Part shown: positions 1 through 12,612 of the stretch, in pieces
Layout: each line of letters opens with the position of its first letter
Position numbering within the stretch: position 1 is the first letter of the stretch
Source of the DNA: an uncultured delta proteobacterium
GTDB taxonomy: Bacteria; Desulfobacterota; Desulfuromonadia; Desulfuromonadales; JACZKF01
Direction: 5' to 3'
DNA length: 64,000 bases
Assembly: GCA_963816395.1 (NCBI GenBank)
Contig: CAWFKQ010000005.1
Location: 416,001 to 480,000, forward strand
Position numbers and translations under genes: made by a program
The notes under the pieces: generated by a model
Databases searched by the model: none
What the model was told of the DNA's origin: nothing
The model's input: the letters and a program-made list of their open reading frames with translations, nothing else

Positions 1-444
1 CACCGCTCCCCGCCCGCCATTGCGGGATGCGATGTAATGTACATAGGGCTTGATCTCCTCAACGGCATCGGCGACGGTAACGGCGAACCCGACCCGCCGC
101 AGCAGCGGCAGATCCACCACATCATCCCCCATGTACGCCACCTCCTCGTCCGCCAGACCGAGAACCTGCAGCAGTTCCAGGTATGGAACCAGTTTATCTT
201 TGACCCCCTGGAACAAGATGTCGATGCCAAGTTCCCTGGCGCGGATGCCGGTCACCTCGGACTGTCGGCCGGTGATAAGCCCAAGCCGTATCCCGGCCCG
301 CTGCAGCAGTTTCAGGCCATGCCCGTCCTTAACATCAAAGGCTTTCGTCTCCACCCCGTTATTGTCGAAGATGATCCGGCCATCCGTCAATACCCCGTCG
401 ACATCGAGCAAAAAGAGTTTGAGTCGCTTCAGACGCTCCTCCAT
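1..444 (-). CDS. kdsC: KDO 8-phosphate phosphatase (HAD family), runs off the window edge
   Basis: Manual translation from ATG 444: MEERLKRLKLFLLDVDGVLTDGRIIFDNNGVETKAFDVKDGHG (DVDGVLTD HAD motif); TGATG overlap with kdsD stop; absent from ORF track. Confidence 0.93.
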   Translation of the reverse strand, partial: MEERLKRLKLFLLDVDGVLTDGRIIFDNNGVETKAFDVKDGHGLKLLQRAGIRLGLITGRQSEVTGIRARELGIDILFQGVKDKLVPYLELLQVLGLADEEVAYMGDDVVDLPLLRRVGFAVTVADAVEEIKPYVHYIASRNGGRGAV

Positions 445-1406
445 CAGACGACTCCGGCCTTGAGCAGATCGTGGAGATGAATGATCCCGACCGGCACCCG
501 GCTTTGTTCGCTCTCGAAAACAAACAGGGAAGTGATCGCATGCTCCTCGATCAGCTGCAGCGCCTTTGCGGCCAGGTTGGAGCTGAGAATTCGCTTGGGA
601 TTGCGGGTCATCACCTCCCCGATCGGCCGATTGAATACCTCGAAACCCTTCTCGATGGAACGGCGCAGGTCGCCATCGGTAAAGACGCCCACCAAGGCCC
701 CACCGTCGTCCCGCACCCCGGTGATGCCGAGCTTCTTGCTGGTGATTTCGAACAGAGCTTCTTTCAGGGGAGTAGCCAGGTGCACCATCGGCAGGTCCTC
801 CCCGGTGTGCATCAGATCCTCAACCCGCAGGAGCAGCTTGCGGCCGAGGGCGCCACCAGGATGGAACAGGGCGAAGTCCTCTTCCTTGAAACCGCGCCGC
901 TCCAGCAGCGCCACCGCCAGGGCATCGCCGAGAGCGAGAGTGACGGTGGTGCTGGCGGTGGGCGCCAGCCCCAGAGGGCAGGCCTCTTCGCGAATCGAGA
1001 TGTCGAGAAATACGTCGCCCGCCCGGGCCAGCGGGCTGTTCGGATTGCCCGCCATGGCGATCAGCGGCATTCCCATGCGCTTGATCACCGGCAGGATGCG
1101 GACGATCTCTTCGGTGGTTCCGGAATTGGAAACGGCAATGACGATGTCCCCCTTCATCAGCATCCCGAGATCGCCATGGATTCCCTCGGCGGGGTGCAGG
1201 AAGAAGGCGGGCGTGCCGGTGGAAGCCAGGGTGGCGGCAATTTTCTGACAGATCAGCCCCGATTTGCCCATGCCGGTAATCACCACCCGCCCCGGACAGG
1301 CGAGAATCATCTCCACCGTCAGGGTAAAGTTGCCGTCCAGACGATCCGCCAGGGCCAGCACCGCTTCGGCTTCGATTTTCAGAACACGTTTCGCAGTTTC
1401 GATCAT
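444..1406 (-). CDS. kdsD: Arabinose-5-phosphate isomerase (KpsF/GutQ; SIS + CBS)
   Basis: GMGKSG, HPAEGIHGDLG, EACPLGLAPTAST, FHPGGALG motifs. Confidence 0.96.
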   Translation of the reverse strand: MIETAKRVLKIEAEAVLALADRLDGNFTLTVEMILACPGRVVITGMGKSGLICQKIAATLASTGTPAFFLHPAEGIHGDLGMLMKGDIVIAVSNSGTTEEIVRILPVIKRMGMPLIAMAGNPNSPLARAGDVFLDISIREEACPLGLAPTASTTVTLALGDALAVALLERRGFKEEDFALFHPGGALGRKLLLRVEDLMHTGEDLPMVHLATPLKEALFEITSKKLGITGVRDDGGALVGVFTDGDLRRSIEKGFEVFNRPIGEVMTRNPKRILSSNLAAKALQLIEEHAITSLFVFESEQSRVPVGIIHLHDLLKAGVV

Positions 1407-1421
1407 GCAGGAACCTTAGAG

Positions 1422-1497
1422 CGTAATAAGTGATATGTAATAAGTAAACAGTCCAATTCTGCTTTGCACATTACAAATTACACATCACACATAACGC
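1422..1497. repeat. AT-rich ~7-mer tandem repeats arranged as an imperfect inverted repeat
   Basis: gtaataa gtgatat gtaataa ... cacattac aaattac acatcac acataac between kdsA and kdsD. Confidence 0.55.
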
Positions 1498-2320
1498 TCT
1501 TCTTTTTCACGATAGCGTCAATCGCCAGGATCTCCTCCAGCATTTCCCGCAGGTCTTTTAGATAAAGAGAGTTGGGGCCGTCGCAGAGGGCTTTTTCCGG
1601 GTCCTCGTGCACTTCCCAGAAAAGTCCGTCGATTCCTGTCGCCACGGCCGCCCGCGAGAGCGCCCCGACATACTGGCGCTGCCCCCCGGAGGCGGTGCCT
1701 GCGCCCCCCGGAAGCTGGACCGCGTGGGTCGCATCGAAAACCACCGGGCAGCCGGTCTCGCGCATGATCGGCAGCGAGCGCATATCCACGACCAGATTGT
1801 TGTAGCCGAAGGAGGCGCCGCGCTCGGTGAGCAGAATGCGTTGATTTCCGACCGCCTCGATCTTGGTCACGGCATTGCGCATGTCCCAGGGGGCGAGAAA
1901 CTGCCCCTTTTTAACGTTGATCGCCAGGCCGGTCCGGCCGGCGGCCACCAGCAGGTCGGTCTGTCGGGAGAGGAAGGCGGGAATCTGCAGGATGTCCAGA
2001 ACCTCGGCGGCCGGTGCGATCTGGGAAATCTCATGGACATCGGAGACGACGGCCAGGCCGAACTCGGCCTTGACCCTGGCCAGGGTACGCAGGCCCTCGG
2101 CCATTCCCGGGCCGCGAAAGGAGGAGCCCGAGGTGCGGTTCGCCTTGTCAAAAGAAGCCTTGAAAACGAGGCCAATCCCCAGGTCCGCGGCAAGTTGCTT
2201 GAGGAACCCGGCAATCCGCAGGGTCAGCCGCTCCTCCTCGACCACGCAGGGTCCGGCAATCAGGACCAGGGGCCGGCCACCGCCGAAGACGGTATTGCCG
2301 ATGGCGACTTCCCGCACCAT
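1478..2320 (-). CDS. kdsA: KDO 8-phosphate synthase
   Basis: IAGPCVVE, KASFDKANRTS, KKGQFLAP, FDATHAVQLPG, CDGPNS. Confidence 0.97.
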   Translation of the reverse strand: MVREVAIGNTVFGGGRPLVLIAGPCVVEEERLTLRIAGFLKQLAADLGIGLVFKASFDKANRTSGSSFRGPGMAEGLRTLARVKAEFGLAVVSDVHEISQIAPAAEVLDILQIPAFLSRQTDLLVAAGRTGLAINVKKGQFLAPWDMRNAVTKIEAVGNQRILLTERGASFGYNNLVVDMRSLPIMRETGCPVVFDATHAVQLPGGAGTASGGQRQYVGALSRAAVATGIDGLFWEVHEDPEKALCDGPNSLYLKDLREMLEEILAIDAIVKKKSVMCDV

Positions 2321-2321
2321 T

Positions 2322-3962
<1,641 letters not shown>

Positions 3963-4018
3963 TCAATCGAAAATTAAAAACGAGATTCTACATGGAAGGC
4001 GTTGAAAAGAAAACCCTT

Positions 4019-4774
4019 TTAATTCCCGGCCAACGCCGCCAGGCCCCGCACCCGCTCCAGGTCTTCGGGAGTGTCCACCCCCTGTGAGACCAGAGTAGTA
4101 GCGGCAACCCGGATGCGATAGCCGTGTTCCAGCGCCCGCAGTTGCTCCAGTTTTTCCAGCTTCTCCAGCGGCGTCGCCGGCAGTTGCGGGTAGGCAAGAA
4201 GAAAATCGCGACGGTAGACATACAGGCCGATATGCTTGAAGGCCGCCGGCTCACCGATGGAGAGGGCGAGGTCGGCGGCCAGATCCCGCGGATGCGGGAT
4301 GGGGGCGCGGGAAAAATAGAGGGCGAATCCATTTTTATCGGCAACCACCTTGACCACGTTGGGATTGCGGAACTCCTCCAGGGAAGAGAGCGGCGTCATC
4401 AGGGTGCCCATCGGAATGGACGCATCGCTGCTCAGCGGCGCCACCGCCTGATCGATCATCCGCGGATCGATAAGCGGCTCATCCCCCTGCACATTGACCA
4501 CCAGGTCGGTCTCCAGGCGGGCGGCCACCTCGGCCAGGCGGTCGGTCCCGGTGGCATGATCGACCCGGGTCATTTGCACTTCACCGCCGAATTCCCGCAC
4601 CGCCCGAAAAATCCGCTCGTCGTCGGTGGCCACGATCACCCGGTCGACGGCGGCGGCACGGGCAGTTCGCTCGTAGACCCAGCGGATCATCGGCTGGCCG
4701 AGAATATCGGCAAGGGGCTTGCCCGGGAAACGACTGGAAGCATAACGGGCCGGGATGACAGCGGTGATGCGCAT
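4019..4774 (-). CDS. kdsB: CMP-KDO synthetase
   Basis: [41 protein letters not shown]. Confidence 0.97.
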   Translation of the reverse strand: MRITAVIPARYASSRFPGKPLADILGQPMIRWVYERTARAAAVDRVIVATDDERIFRAVREFGGEVQMTRVDHATGTDRLAEVAARLETDLVVNVQGDEPLIDPRMIDQAVAPLSSDASIPMGTLMTPLSSLEEFRNPNVVKVVADKNGFALYFSRAPIPHPRDLAADLALSIGEPAAFKHIGLYVYRRDFLLAYPQLPATPLEKLEKLEQLRALEHGYRIRVAATTLVSQGVDTPEDLERVRGLAALAGN

Positions 4775-4811
4775 GCGGCGGATTTCCTTGGGAGAGATAT
4801 AAACCGCCCGT

Positions 4812-4840
4812 AGCGTAAAGAAATCGCCGATGGATGTCAA
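4812..4840 (-). promoter_or_regulatory. Sigma70-type promoter of kdsB-pyrG operon
   Basis: TTGACA-17 nt-TACGCT on minus strand. Confidence 0.6.
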
Positions 4841-5120
4841 GAAGGGGAATAAGGCGGGAACTGCGGTCTTCAGGCGTCATCCGGACGGATTTACCCAGCC
4901 CGGGAAATCGTTCTGAGAATCAAAGCGAAGCGAGGGGAAGCGGCTGCCAGACGGCCCGGAAGAAAGAAGGAGATACGTCGCCCCCCGGCAGCGGTTGCTG
5001 CCGCCCAGCACCATCCCTCCATGCATGGGACCCGCGGCGTTGCAAATTAAATTCAGGGCTTCCCAATTTGTGAGTTTTCATTTATAATTAAGATAAATTT
5101 AATTGAAAGGAATGCCACGT

Positions 5121-5857
5121 ATGCGAATTCGAACCAGATCCCTCTTACCCCTTGCCACAGCCGTGCCGCTGGCTCTGGCCGTCGGCTGCGCTCCCCCGAG
5201 TGCCGCCTCCTCTTCCGTCTCGCCGCCCCCGACAGCAGCAGCGCAAGCATCTTCGACTGCACCGACGGCTGATTTCACCGCCGGCACCATCGTAGAAACC
5301 ATGGACAGCGGCGGCTATACCTACCTCTGTATTGAAAATTCCGGGGTACGCAGGTGGGCTGCCATTCCGCAGACCGGGGTCAAGGTGGGGCAGCAGGTTG
5401 AACTCACCCCCGGCATGCAAATGGCCAACTTCAACAGCAAAACCCTTAACCGCACCTTCCCGTCGATTTACTTCTGCCAAGGTCTCGTTTCTTCCCCAAA
5501 CACCTCGCCGCAGCCCGCTCTTCCCGCGGGCACGTCCCGATAAAAACCGCCCAGGGGATGTCGATGCAGGACAAAATCCCAACGGCTGAAAACTCGACAG
5601 AAATTGCCGGCAAGGTGACCGAGACCATGGATTCCGGTGGCTACACCTATGTGGCCGTGGAGAAGGATGGCCGGCAAACCTGGATCGCCGTGCCGCTGGT
5701 GAAAGTAACCGTTGGGCAGGAGGTCTCCTTTATTCCGGGCATTGTCATGCATAACTTCACCAGCAAAACCCTCGGCCGGACCTTTGAAACTATCATTTTC
5801 TCCGGCGGCCTCGCCTCATCCTTACCGCAACCGGGGAAAGCAGCGCCCGCGCTCTAA
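5121..5857 (+). CDS. Lipoprotein with two tandem NrfJ-like OB-fold domains (frameshift near 5530)
   Basis: Lipobox LAVGC; ETMDSGGYTY..W.A.P..V.VGQ..F.SKTL.RTF..I.F repeated in both ORFs; one extra G gives PALPAGHVPIKTAQGMSMQ joining them. Confidence 0.7.
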
Positions 5858-5876
5858 GCCTGCAAATACAAATTAA

Positions 5877-5934
5877 CCCCCGGATTCGCTGCGCGAGCCT
5901 TCCCCCCTGCAAAAGCAGGGGGGATTATTTTTTT
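5877..5934. repeat. REP-like palindrome family A (half copy), probable terminator
   Basis: TCGCTGCGCGAGCCTTCCCCCCTGC shared with 17492 and 19406; hairpin CCCCCCTGC-AAAA-GCAGGGGGG then T run. Confidence 0.75.
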
Positions 5935-5982
5935 AAGGGTGGGACCAGAAACTAGGGTTTTAAACCGGAGGCGGGAGAGTTT

Positions 5983-6611
5983 TCAGAAAGCGAATCGGAT
6001 CCCCAGGGTGGCGTTGTGAGTGGCATAATCGAAGTCGATTTTGTCGCCCGATGTGCTCTTGAATTCCGGATCAAGGGCTGCGAAGTAGCGATATTCGAGA
6101 TCGAATGTAATCGCCTCGGTCAAAGAAAAGCCGATGCCCGCCCCTCCCTGATAAGCGAAAAAAATACCTTTCGTTTCATCGAGAGGCACCCCCAGGCTCA
6201 GATCCTCGTCAATCTTGATCTGGACTGCCCCCGCCCCGACAAAAAAGTAGGGAGTAAAGGGAGTCTTGTTGGCAAAATCGGCGATCGAATTCAGCATCAG
6301 GCTGTAGGCGGTGAATTCCCCGCCAGGATCGTACTCCCTACCTTTTAATTTGGTCTTGATTCCCTCGATCGTATTCCGGCGATAGGCGCCTTCGACCTCG
6401 ATCCTTCCCTGCCCGACCTGCGCGCCGAGCGCTGCCGCGTACAGGGTCCCTTTGATTGAAATCGATATTGATAGAATCGAAATCGGTGCTGCCGAGCGAT
6501 TGACCGCCCCCCCGGAGATTGAGATAGCAGGGACCTGATTCGCCCCTTGCCTCCGTGACGGAGAGCGCCAGAAGAAAAACTGCGGCAATTGCCAACCATC
6601 TGTTTGTTCAT
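5983..6611 (-). CDS. Outer-membrane beta-barrel (OmpA/porin-like), frameshifted
   Basis: Signal peptide in 5' frames; FTPYFFVGAG, FAYQGGAG, DLEYRYF, terminal GIRFAF. Confidence 0.8.
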
Positions 6612-6712
6612 GCAACCTCCGACACTGCAAGGGGGCAGGCGTTCGATATTCCGCCTGCCCCCTTGCGGGCCAAAGTAGATTTTCTATCCAGCCCCTATGG
6701 ACACCGGCTCGG

Positions 6713-8980
6713 CTACCAGAGCCGCAGGCTCCAGTTGTTCAGGGTGCCGTCATCCTCGTGCATTCTTATCCTCGATCTTGAGCTGCCAGGTGCCGTTCGG
6801 ATTTTCTCCGAGCAGGACGGCCAGGGGCTGCTCCGGGCGGAATTCAGCGGTGAAGGGAGCAGTTCCGGCAGTTATGGATGCGCCGGCCCCGTCATGAAAT
6901 ACGGTGCCAGTGTAGTTGTGGCCTTCCCCACCCCGCCGGTTGCTCAGGATGACCGCCGTCCCGGCTGGCGAAATCAGGGTGATCACCAGGTCTTCATCGA
7001 AGGGGTGGGTAATCCCGAGATCGACCGCGAGGTAGCGGATGGAATCGGCCGCACCGGAAACATAAAGGTTAGAGGTCACCGAACTCAGGGAGGCGATGGT
7101 CAGGGGAACATCGCTGCTGGCTTGCTCCACGGGCGGTGCATCCAGATTAACCGAAGTCGTCAGGTTGTTCGTCTCGTTGCTCTCCGCCACCACTCCCGTG
7201 CTGTCCACCAGCGCATAGAGGATGGAAGAATTACCCGATACGCCGGAAACGACGGCAGTCCCGCTGTACGTACCGCCGATAACCAGGGCGGGGATATCCA
7301 CGCGCAGATCGCCGGTCTGTCCCACCGCCGGCGCCGCCGCCGGATCGACAAAGAAGTCGAGCTTGGCCGCCCCGGCATTGCCGCCGCCCTGGTTGGTCAC
7401 CGTGTAGCCGATGGTCAGGCTGGAACCGTTCACGGTCACGCTGTCGACGGTCGCCTGCAGGTCAGGCGCCGGCCCCACCGACGAGGGAAGGGAATGACGA
7501 TATTCGACAGGTAGTCGTCCGCCGTACCGGTCTGGGTGGACACCTTGTAAAAAGTGGGGGAAGAGCCGATTTCGTAAAAACTTTGCAGCGCGGTCGCCGT
7601 TCCTCCATCCTTCAGCACTACCGAAGGATAATATTCGCCCCAGATCGCATCGGCCTGAACAGTGAACGGAACGGTGATTTCAGTGGCGTGACTGGAGTTG
7701 ATAATGATATCGCTGCAGCCGTTCAGTTCCAAAGCCGACAGTGAGACCTGCAGGGCGGCGGTCTGTACCGGCTTCGGGGCGAGGCAGACGAGAACCGAGT
7801 AGGTGTTCGGCGAAACCGGCACGGTGATCTGTACCGCGTCCCCTTCCTGGGCGTTATCCTTCGAGAATCGCGGGGAGCCGGTGAGGACCGGCACCGGGGC
7901 CCGGACGGTGAACGTCCAGCTGTAATTGGCGGCCAGGTTGTTGCCGGCCGCGTCAGCCACCCCGGTGGTGAGAGTGGCCCGATAGGTGGTCCCTTCCGCC
8001 AGCGGAGGCAGCGGGGGTGAAGACGGCACTGGTGCCGTTCACGCTCACCGATGCCCGGTACGGGGTCCCTGCCAGCGGTGCTGAGGGTGAACGTCGTTTC
8101 GTTCACCGTTTCCGGAGTCGGGAGCCTCGTTGAAGGCAACCGTGACCGCCGCCTGAGCATCGGCATAATTTACATTCGCTGCGGGAACGGTGCTGGTTAC
8201 CGCCGGCGGCGAAGCGTCTACCGCCGCGGTGGTGAAAGACCAGCTGTAATTGGCAGCCAGATGATTCCCGGCGAGATCGGTCAGCCCCGTGGTGAGGGTG
8301 GCCGTGTAGACGGTGTTGACGGCCAGTTGGGCACCGGGGACCAGTTCGGCGGTGAAGTTGGTTCCGCCGACGTACCTGACGCTGGCCGGGACCGTGACAC
8401 TTCCGTCTCGGAGGGTGAAGTTCGCCACCGAGACCGCCGACGGATTCAGTGCCTCGCTGAAGGAGGCGGAAACTTTGGCGCCAAGCGCTACCCCCGTGGC
8501 GTTGTCGGCCGGGGTGACCTGGCCGACGGTCGGCGCGACGGCATCAGCGGCGGCACCCGTGGTGAAACCTTTGGTGACCGGGCTCGCCAGGGCATTACCG
8601 GCGAGATCTGAGATCCCGGTGACTTGGAAAGTATAGGCCTGCAAGGGGCTGAGCAGATTGGTGGGATCGAAGGTGATGTTGGCCCCGGAGCAGCTGACGG
8701 CGCCCGCAACGGCCGGTCCGCTGGGACTCGGAGTCAGACTTACGGTACTGGAATTTACCGTCGAGCACCGGAGAGATTCATTGAATGTCATGGTGATGCT
8801 GGTATTGACGTTTACCCCGGGCGCTCCGTTGGCCGGCACCATCGAGGAGAAAACCGGGGGGGTGGTATCATCACCGGAAGGAGGGGCGCTGCTGCCGCCT
8901 CCGCCGCCGCCACCGCAGGCCCCGAGAAATATCACTCCGCACAGCAGGACAGGCCACAAGCAAATTTTTCCGACATTCAT
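6713..8980 (-). CDS. Surface lipoprotein: tandem Ig-like (Big_5) domains, CARDB domain, proprotein convertase P-domain; several frameshifts
   Basis: Lipobox LGACGGGGGG; repeated P.N..GV..F.E..DLAGN.L...SWSFTT; ESNETNN; GTWQLKI..GTLNNWSLRLW* (stop 6713). Confidence 0.75.
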
Positions 8981-9060
8981 GACTTCTCTCAGCTCCTTGC
9001 GAAAGGGTTGAAACTGACCGGAACCTTTGCATAGCATTAGATTAAACTAAAGATTGTAAA

Positions 9061-9089
9061 AGAATAATTATTGGCACATTAAAAGTCAA
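9061..9089 (-). promoter_or_regulatory. Sigma70-type promoter for the Ig-domain lipoprotein
   Basis: TTGACT-17 nt-TATTCT in AT-rich tract. Confidence 0.55.
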
Positions 9090-9259
9090 TCATTTTAATT
9101 ATTAAATTTCAAGGCGAACCGGTAAGCGCTTCCTAAATCAGGGGGGATTTTTGGCAGGGCAGGGATTGGCCAAAGCAGGCTGGAGGGCGAAACAGAGGCG
9201 AGGGAGGCAGGCGTGCTACCTCCCTCATCGCACTAAGGTCCCATCCGGGAGGGATGGAA

Positions 9260-10030
9260 CTATTTTATATGGCAGGTCAGGCAGAGCGCCGAATCTCTTT
9301 GCGGCGCCAGCACCAGGTAATTCACCACCGCCGCCGCATCGTCCGCATTCAGCTTATTGTGAACGTCATGGCAGGTGGCGCAGGTCATGATCTGCCCCTG
9401 ATACAGGCGATCGACCACCCTCACCTGGAACCGGCCCCCGTAGTTCAGCACGCCGGAGGACGCCTCGCGAATCCAGGGATCTTCATAGCCGGCCCGACCG
9501 TAGACGACGCCTGCGGCCGGATCGCCGGCGGCGGGCCCGATGGCCACTTCCTTATAGTTGAAGCCGATCGGATGGTCATCGAGCAGCCGGTTCTGGCCGG
9601 CGCCGATGCCGGGCTGCCCCCAGCTGTCGCCGACCAGCGGATTGACGATACCGGGGAAATTGTAGTGCTGATCGGGAGCGATCGATCCGTCATGGCAGGA
9701 CATGCAGAGGCGGGTGGGACCGATGGCGATGTCGGGAGTATAGAAATCGGCGGCATTGATGGTCGGCGAGGTGTAGGGATCGAAGTTCAGGGTGTCCAGC
9801 TGCCGGGACCAGAGGGGGTAGTAGGCATTCGGGTCGGCGGCCAGGTAAGCGTGATGCGGGGTATGGCAGAAGGCGCAGACGCGGTCGTTGCCGCCGAAAT
9901 CGACGGCGCCCGCCGAATAACGCATGTCATGGACCGAACCGCGGACCCCCGATCCCGGAGGACCCAAGGCCAGGGCAGCGCCGGCCGTAGTGACTACCAG
10001 ACACCATGCAACCAAAAGATTTTTGGCCAT
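9260..10030 (-). CDS. Tetraheme outer-surface cytochrome c, OmcE-like (copy 1)
   Basis: Signal peptide; HD..CAFCHTPH..PLW.R..CMSCHDG..DDHPIGF..CATCHDVH..SALCLTCHIK follows the Geobacter OmcE layout. Confidence 0.8.
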   Translation of the reverse strand: MAKNLLVAWCLVVTTAGAALALGPPGSGVRGSVHDMRYSAGAVDFGGNDRVCAFCHTPHHAYLAADPNAYYPLWSRQLDTLNFDPYTSPTINAADFYTPDIAIGPTRLCMSCHDGSIAPDQHYNFPGIVNPLVGDSWGQPGIGAGQNRLLDDHPIGFNYKEVAIGPAAGDPAAGVVYGRAGYEDPWIREASSGVLNYGGRFQVRVVDRLYQGQIMTCATCHDVHNKLNADDAAAVVNYLVLAPQRDSALCLTCHIK

Positions 10031-10225
10031 TTTTGTCTCCTTGAGGTGATGTGAAGCAGTCCATCGCCACTGTCATCCACGATGCCTCTCCATATCATTT
10101 CAAGCAGATCTCTCCTTCATTCCTCCTTTCCTTCAACAACTAAAGATTGCTCCGCCGCGTGATCTTTTGTTATTCGAGCGTACCACTTTTTTGGCCGATT
10201 TCCCGTCGTGCTGCAGCCTCTTCTA

Positions 10226-10251
10226 GGGGACGTTCCTGATATTTAAAGTTT
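10226..10251 (+). repeat. 26-bp RAYT-flanking site, left (inverted) copy; contains transposase stop codon
   Basis: GGGGACGTTCCTGATATTTAAAGTTT, reverse complement of the sites at 11252, 11959 etc. Confidence 0.85.
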
Positions 10252-11232
10252 TAAGGCATCCAACAGCAGCTTTTCTAATTTCCCATCCGCAGTCAGAAGC
10301 GCTTCGCCTCTTTTGGCCCCATGATTAACCGCGGTCGACGTATAGCCAAGCGCGGCGGCGACATCCACTCCTTTGATCCCCATCCTCCTGACCGCCAAAT
10401 AGCAGATTACGGCTTTGGCGCGGACAATGTTCCGCTCCTTGTTTGGAGTGCTCAGCGTCGCCGGATCGATGTGCAAACAATTCGCCACTCGCTGCGCCAG
10501 CTGGGCAAAGGGCATTGCCGGGTTGCCCCGAACAGTGCCAGTCGAATTCAGCACCTGCTCGACAAAATCGCCGCCGCCAAGGATCCGGTCGTCAAACAGG
10601 GCGTCATCGGCGATGGAGGGGTCCAGAGCCTGGCTCGATCGTCTCCCGCCTCTTGAGAGCTTGGTCATGGCGCTGTCCTTGAGCCCGTCCGCAATAAAAG
10701 ATTCATAATTTTTCTGGGCGGCTTTGCGTTTCGGTGAAAAGTGTTTCAAAACCTCATCCACCTGAATGATCGGCGTCGATGATCGTCCCAGCAGTTCGTG
10801 GTGCCCGCACCAGGGAAAAGCCGCAAGCGCCTCAAGGTCGCCGACCATTCCAGCCCGCGCTGGGTTCAGATGAATGTATCGCACCAGCTCCAGAAAATAG
10901 GGGTCTTTATCGCAGACGATGGACTTGTAGCGGTTCTGAAAGAGGTGGCCTGCGCGTTGGTGGCGGAGGTTGAACACGACGGCATAGCCGGTAAGGAGGC
11001 GTCGCATGATCTCGGCCAGCGTCCGTCGGTTCGGTCGTAGAAGAAGGTGGAAATGGTTGTCGAGCAAGCCCCAGGCATAGCAGTCGGTTGCGGTTTCCGA
11101 CAGGAGGGTCCGAAGGCGGGAGAGAAAATTTTCCCGGTCCTGATCGTCCAGAAAGATGGGGCGGCGTTCGATCCCGCGGACGATGACGTGCTGAAGCAAG
11201 CCGGGAAAATCTATGCGGGCATGTCTGGGCAT
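10243..11232 (-). mobile_element. REP-associated tyrosine transposase (RAYT, Y1 HUH) with C-terminal helical/HTH extension
   Basis: MPRHAR..HVIVRGIERR.IF, HUH NHFHL, GHLFQNRYKS, catalytic RYIHLNP. Confidence 0.92.
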
Positions 11233-11251
11233 GATGGCAGGTTATCAAGGT

Positions 11252-11277
11252 AAACTTTAAAAATCACAAATGTCCCC
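11252..11277 (-). repeat. 26-bp site, right of transposase
   Basis: AAACTTTAAAAATCACAAATGTCCCC; 22/26 identical to left site in inverted orientation. Confidence 0.85.
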
Positions 11278-11290
11278 CCCTCTTGGCAGA

Positions 11291-11581
11291 TCATGCATGG
11301 GGTCGAACCTCCTCTTCCACCTTTTGCCCGAGTGCAAGCCTGGTCCGACGAAGATCATAGGCGACTTGCAGATTAAGCCAGAATTCGGGGGTGGTACTGA
11401 AAAACCTTGCCAAACGAAGCGCCGTATCTGCCGTGACAGCCCGTTGACCATTGATTATGCCGGTTATTCTGTTTGTCGGCACATGGAGGGCCGCTGCCAG
11501 CTGCCGAGCGGATATGCCAAGGGTTTCCATTTCCTCACGAAGAATTTCTCCGGGGTGGATCGGCCGCATATTGTTAGTCAT
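11291..11581 (-). CDS. higA: HigA antitoxin (HTH)
   Basis: RPIHPGEILREE..TADTALRLARFF.TTPEFWLNLQ. Confidence 0.93.
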   Translation of the reverse strand: MTNNMRPIHPGEILREEMETLGISARQLAAALHVPTNRITGIINGQRAVTADTALRLARFFSTTPEFWLNLQVAYDLRRTRLALGQKVEEEVRPHA

Positions 11582-11596
11582 GATTTCCCTGCTTTC

Positions 11597-11875
11597 TTAA
11601 TGATAGTCGACGATTTCTACCTCGTGGGGGCCATCTTCTCGCCACTCGAAACAGACCCGCCATTGTTTATTGATGCGAATGCTAAACAGGCCCTTTCGAT
11701 CTCCCCCCAAAACTTCCAGACGGTTACTGGGAAGGCCTGCCAGATCTTCCAGGCAAGTGGCGCTTTCTAGAATCTGAAGTCGACGTTCCGCCTGGGCAGA
11801 GAAACCATCGAATCGCCTGACCCGCCGCCCCTGATAGAGCGCTTCGGTATCTTTACCCCTGAAGCTCCGAATCAT
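11597..11875 (-). CDS. higB: HigB toxin (RelE-like)
   Basis: MIRSFRGK..PSNRLE.LGGDRKGLFSIRINKQWRVCF..EIVDYH. Confidence 0.93.
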   Translation of the reverse strand: MIRSFRGKDTEALYQGRRVRRFDGFSAQAERRLQILESATCLEDLAGLPSNRLEVLGGDRKGLFSIRINKQWRVCFEWREDGPHEVEIVDYH

Positions 11876-11881
11876 ACTTTC

Positions 11882-11910
11882 ATCTTAGGTTTCGTTACGC
11901 TTTACGTCAA
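11882..11910 (-). promoter_or_regulatory. higBA promoter, probably leaderless
   Basis: TTGACG-17 nt-TAAGAT, 6 nt before the higB ATG; no SD. Confidence 0.7.
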
Positions 11911-12473
11911 GCATAACATCGAGGACGAGGTTTTCATGCGCGCGCTTCTTGGCCTATGAAACTTTAAAAATCAAGAACGTCCCCTAGCCTTTCCTGAAGT
12001 CGAATCATACTTTCATCTTAGGTTTCGTTACGCTTTACGTCAAGCATACAGCGCATAACATCGAGGAAGAGGTATCATGCGCGCGCTTCTTGGCCTATGA
12101 AACTTTAAAAATCAAGAACGTCCCCAAGCCTTTCCTGGGGCAGAGAACACCGATCGAATCGCCTGACCCGCCGCCCCTGATAGAGCGCTTCGGTATCTTT
12201 ACCCCTGAAGCTCCGAATCATACTTTCATCTTAGGTTTCGTTACGCTTTACGTCAAGCATAACATCGAGGACGAGGTATTCATGCGCGCGCTTCTTGGCC
12301 TATGAAACTTTAAAAATCAAGGACGTCCCCTAGCATTCTTGTTACGCTTTACGATCAAGCATAACGTCACGCATAACAAGGAGGACAGAGGTAGTCATAG
12401 CGCGCGCTTCTTGGCACTGATGAAATCTTGCTAAACGAGCGAGTATCGAAGAACAGTCCCGCTGTCCCTGCCC

Positions 12474-12597
12474 ATGCCGGTTATTCTGTTTGTCGGCACA
12501 TGGAGGGCCGCTGCCAGTTGCCGAGCGGATATGTCAAGGGTTTCCATTTCCTCACGAAGAATTTCTCCGGGGTGGATCGGACGCATATTGTTATCAT
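12474..12597 (-). pseudogene. higA: Truncated second higA (5' part only)
   Basis: MRPIHPGEILREEMETLDISARQLAAALHVPTNRITG then breaks off. Confidence 0.85.
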
Positions 12598-12612
12598 GAT
12601 TTCCCTGCTTTC

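Noticed and set aside
11956..11984. XerCD dif/pdif site
   Set aside because: Best alignment to E. coli dif gives about 7/11 in the XerD arm and 4/11 in the XerC arm, with no inner TAA/TTA dyad; array copies are direct rather than alternating. Weak alternative only
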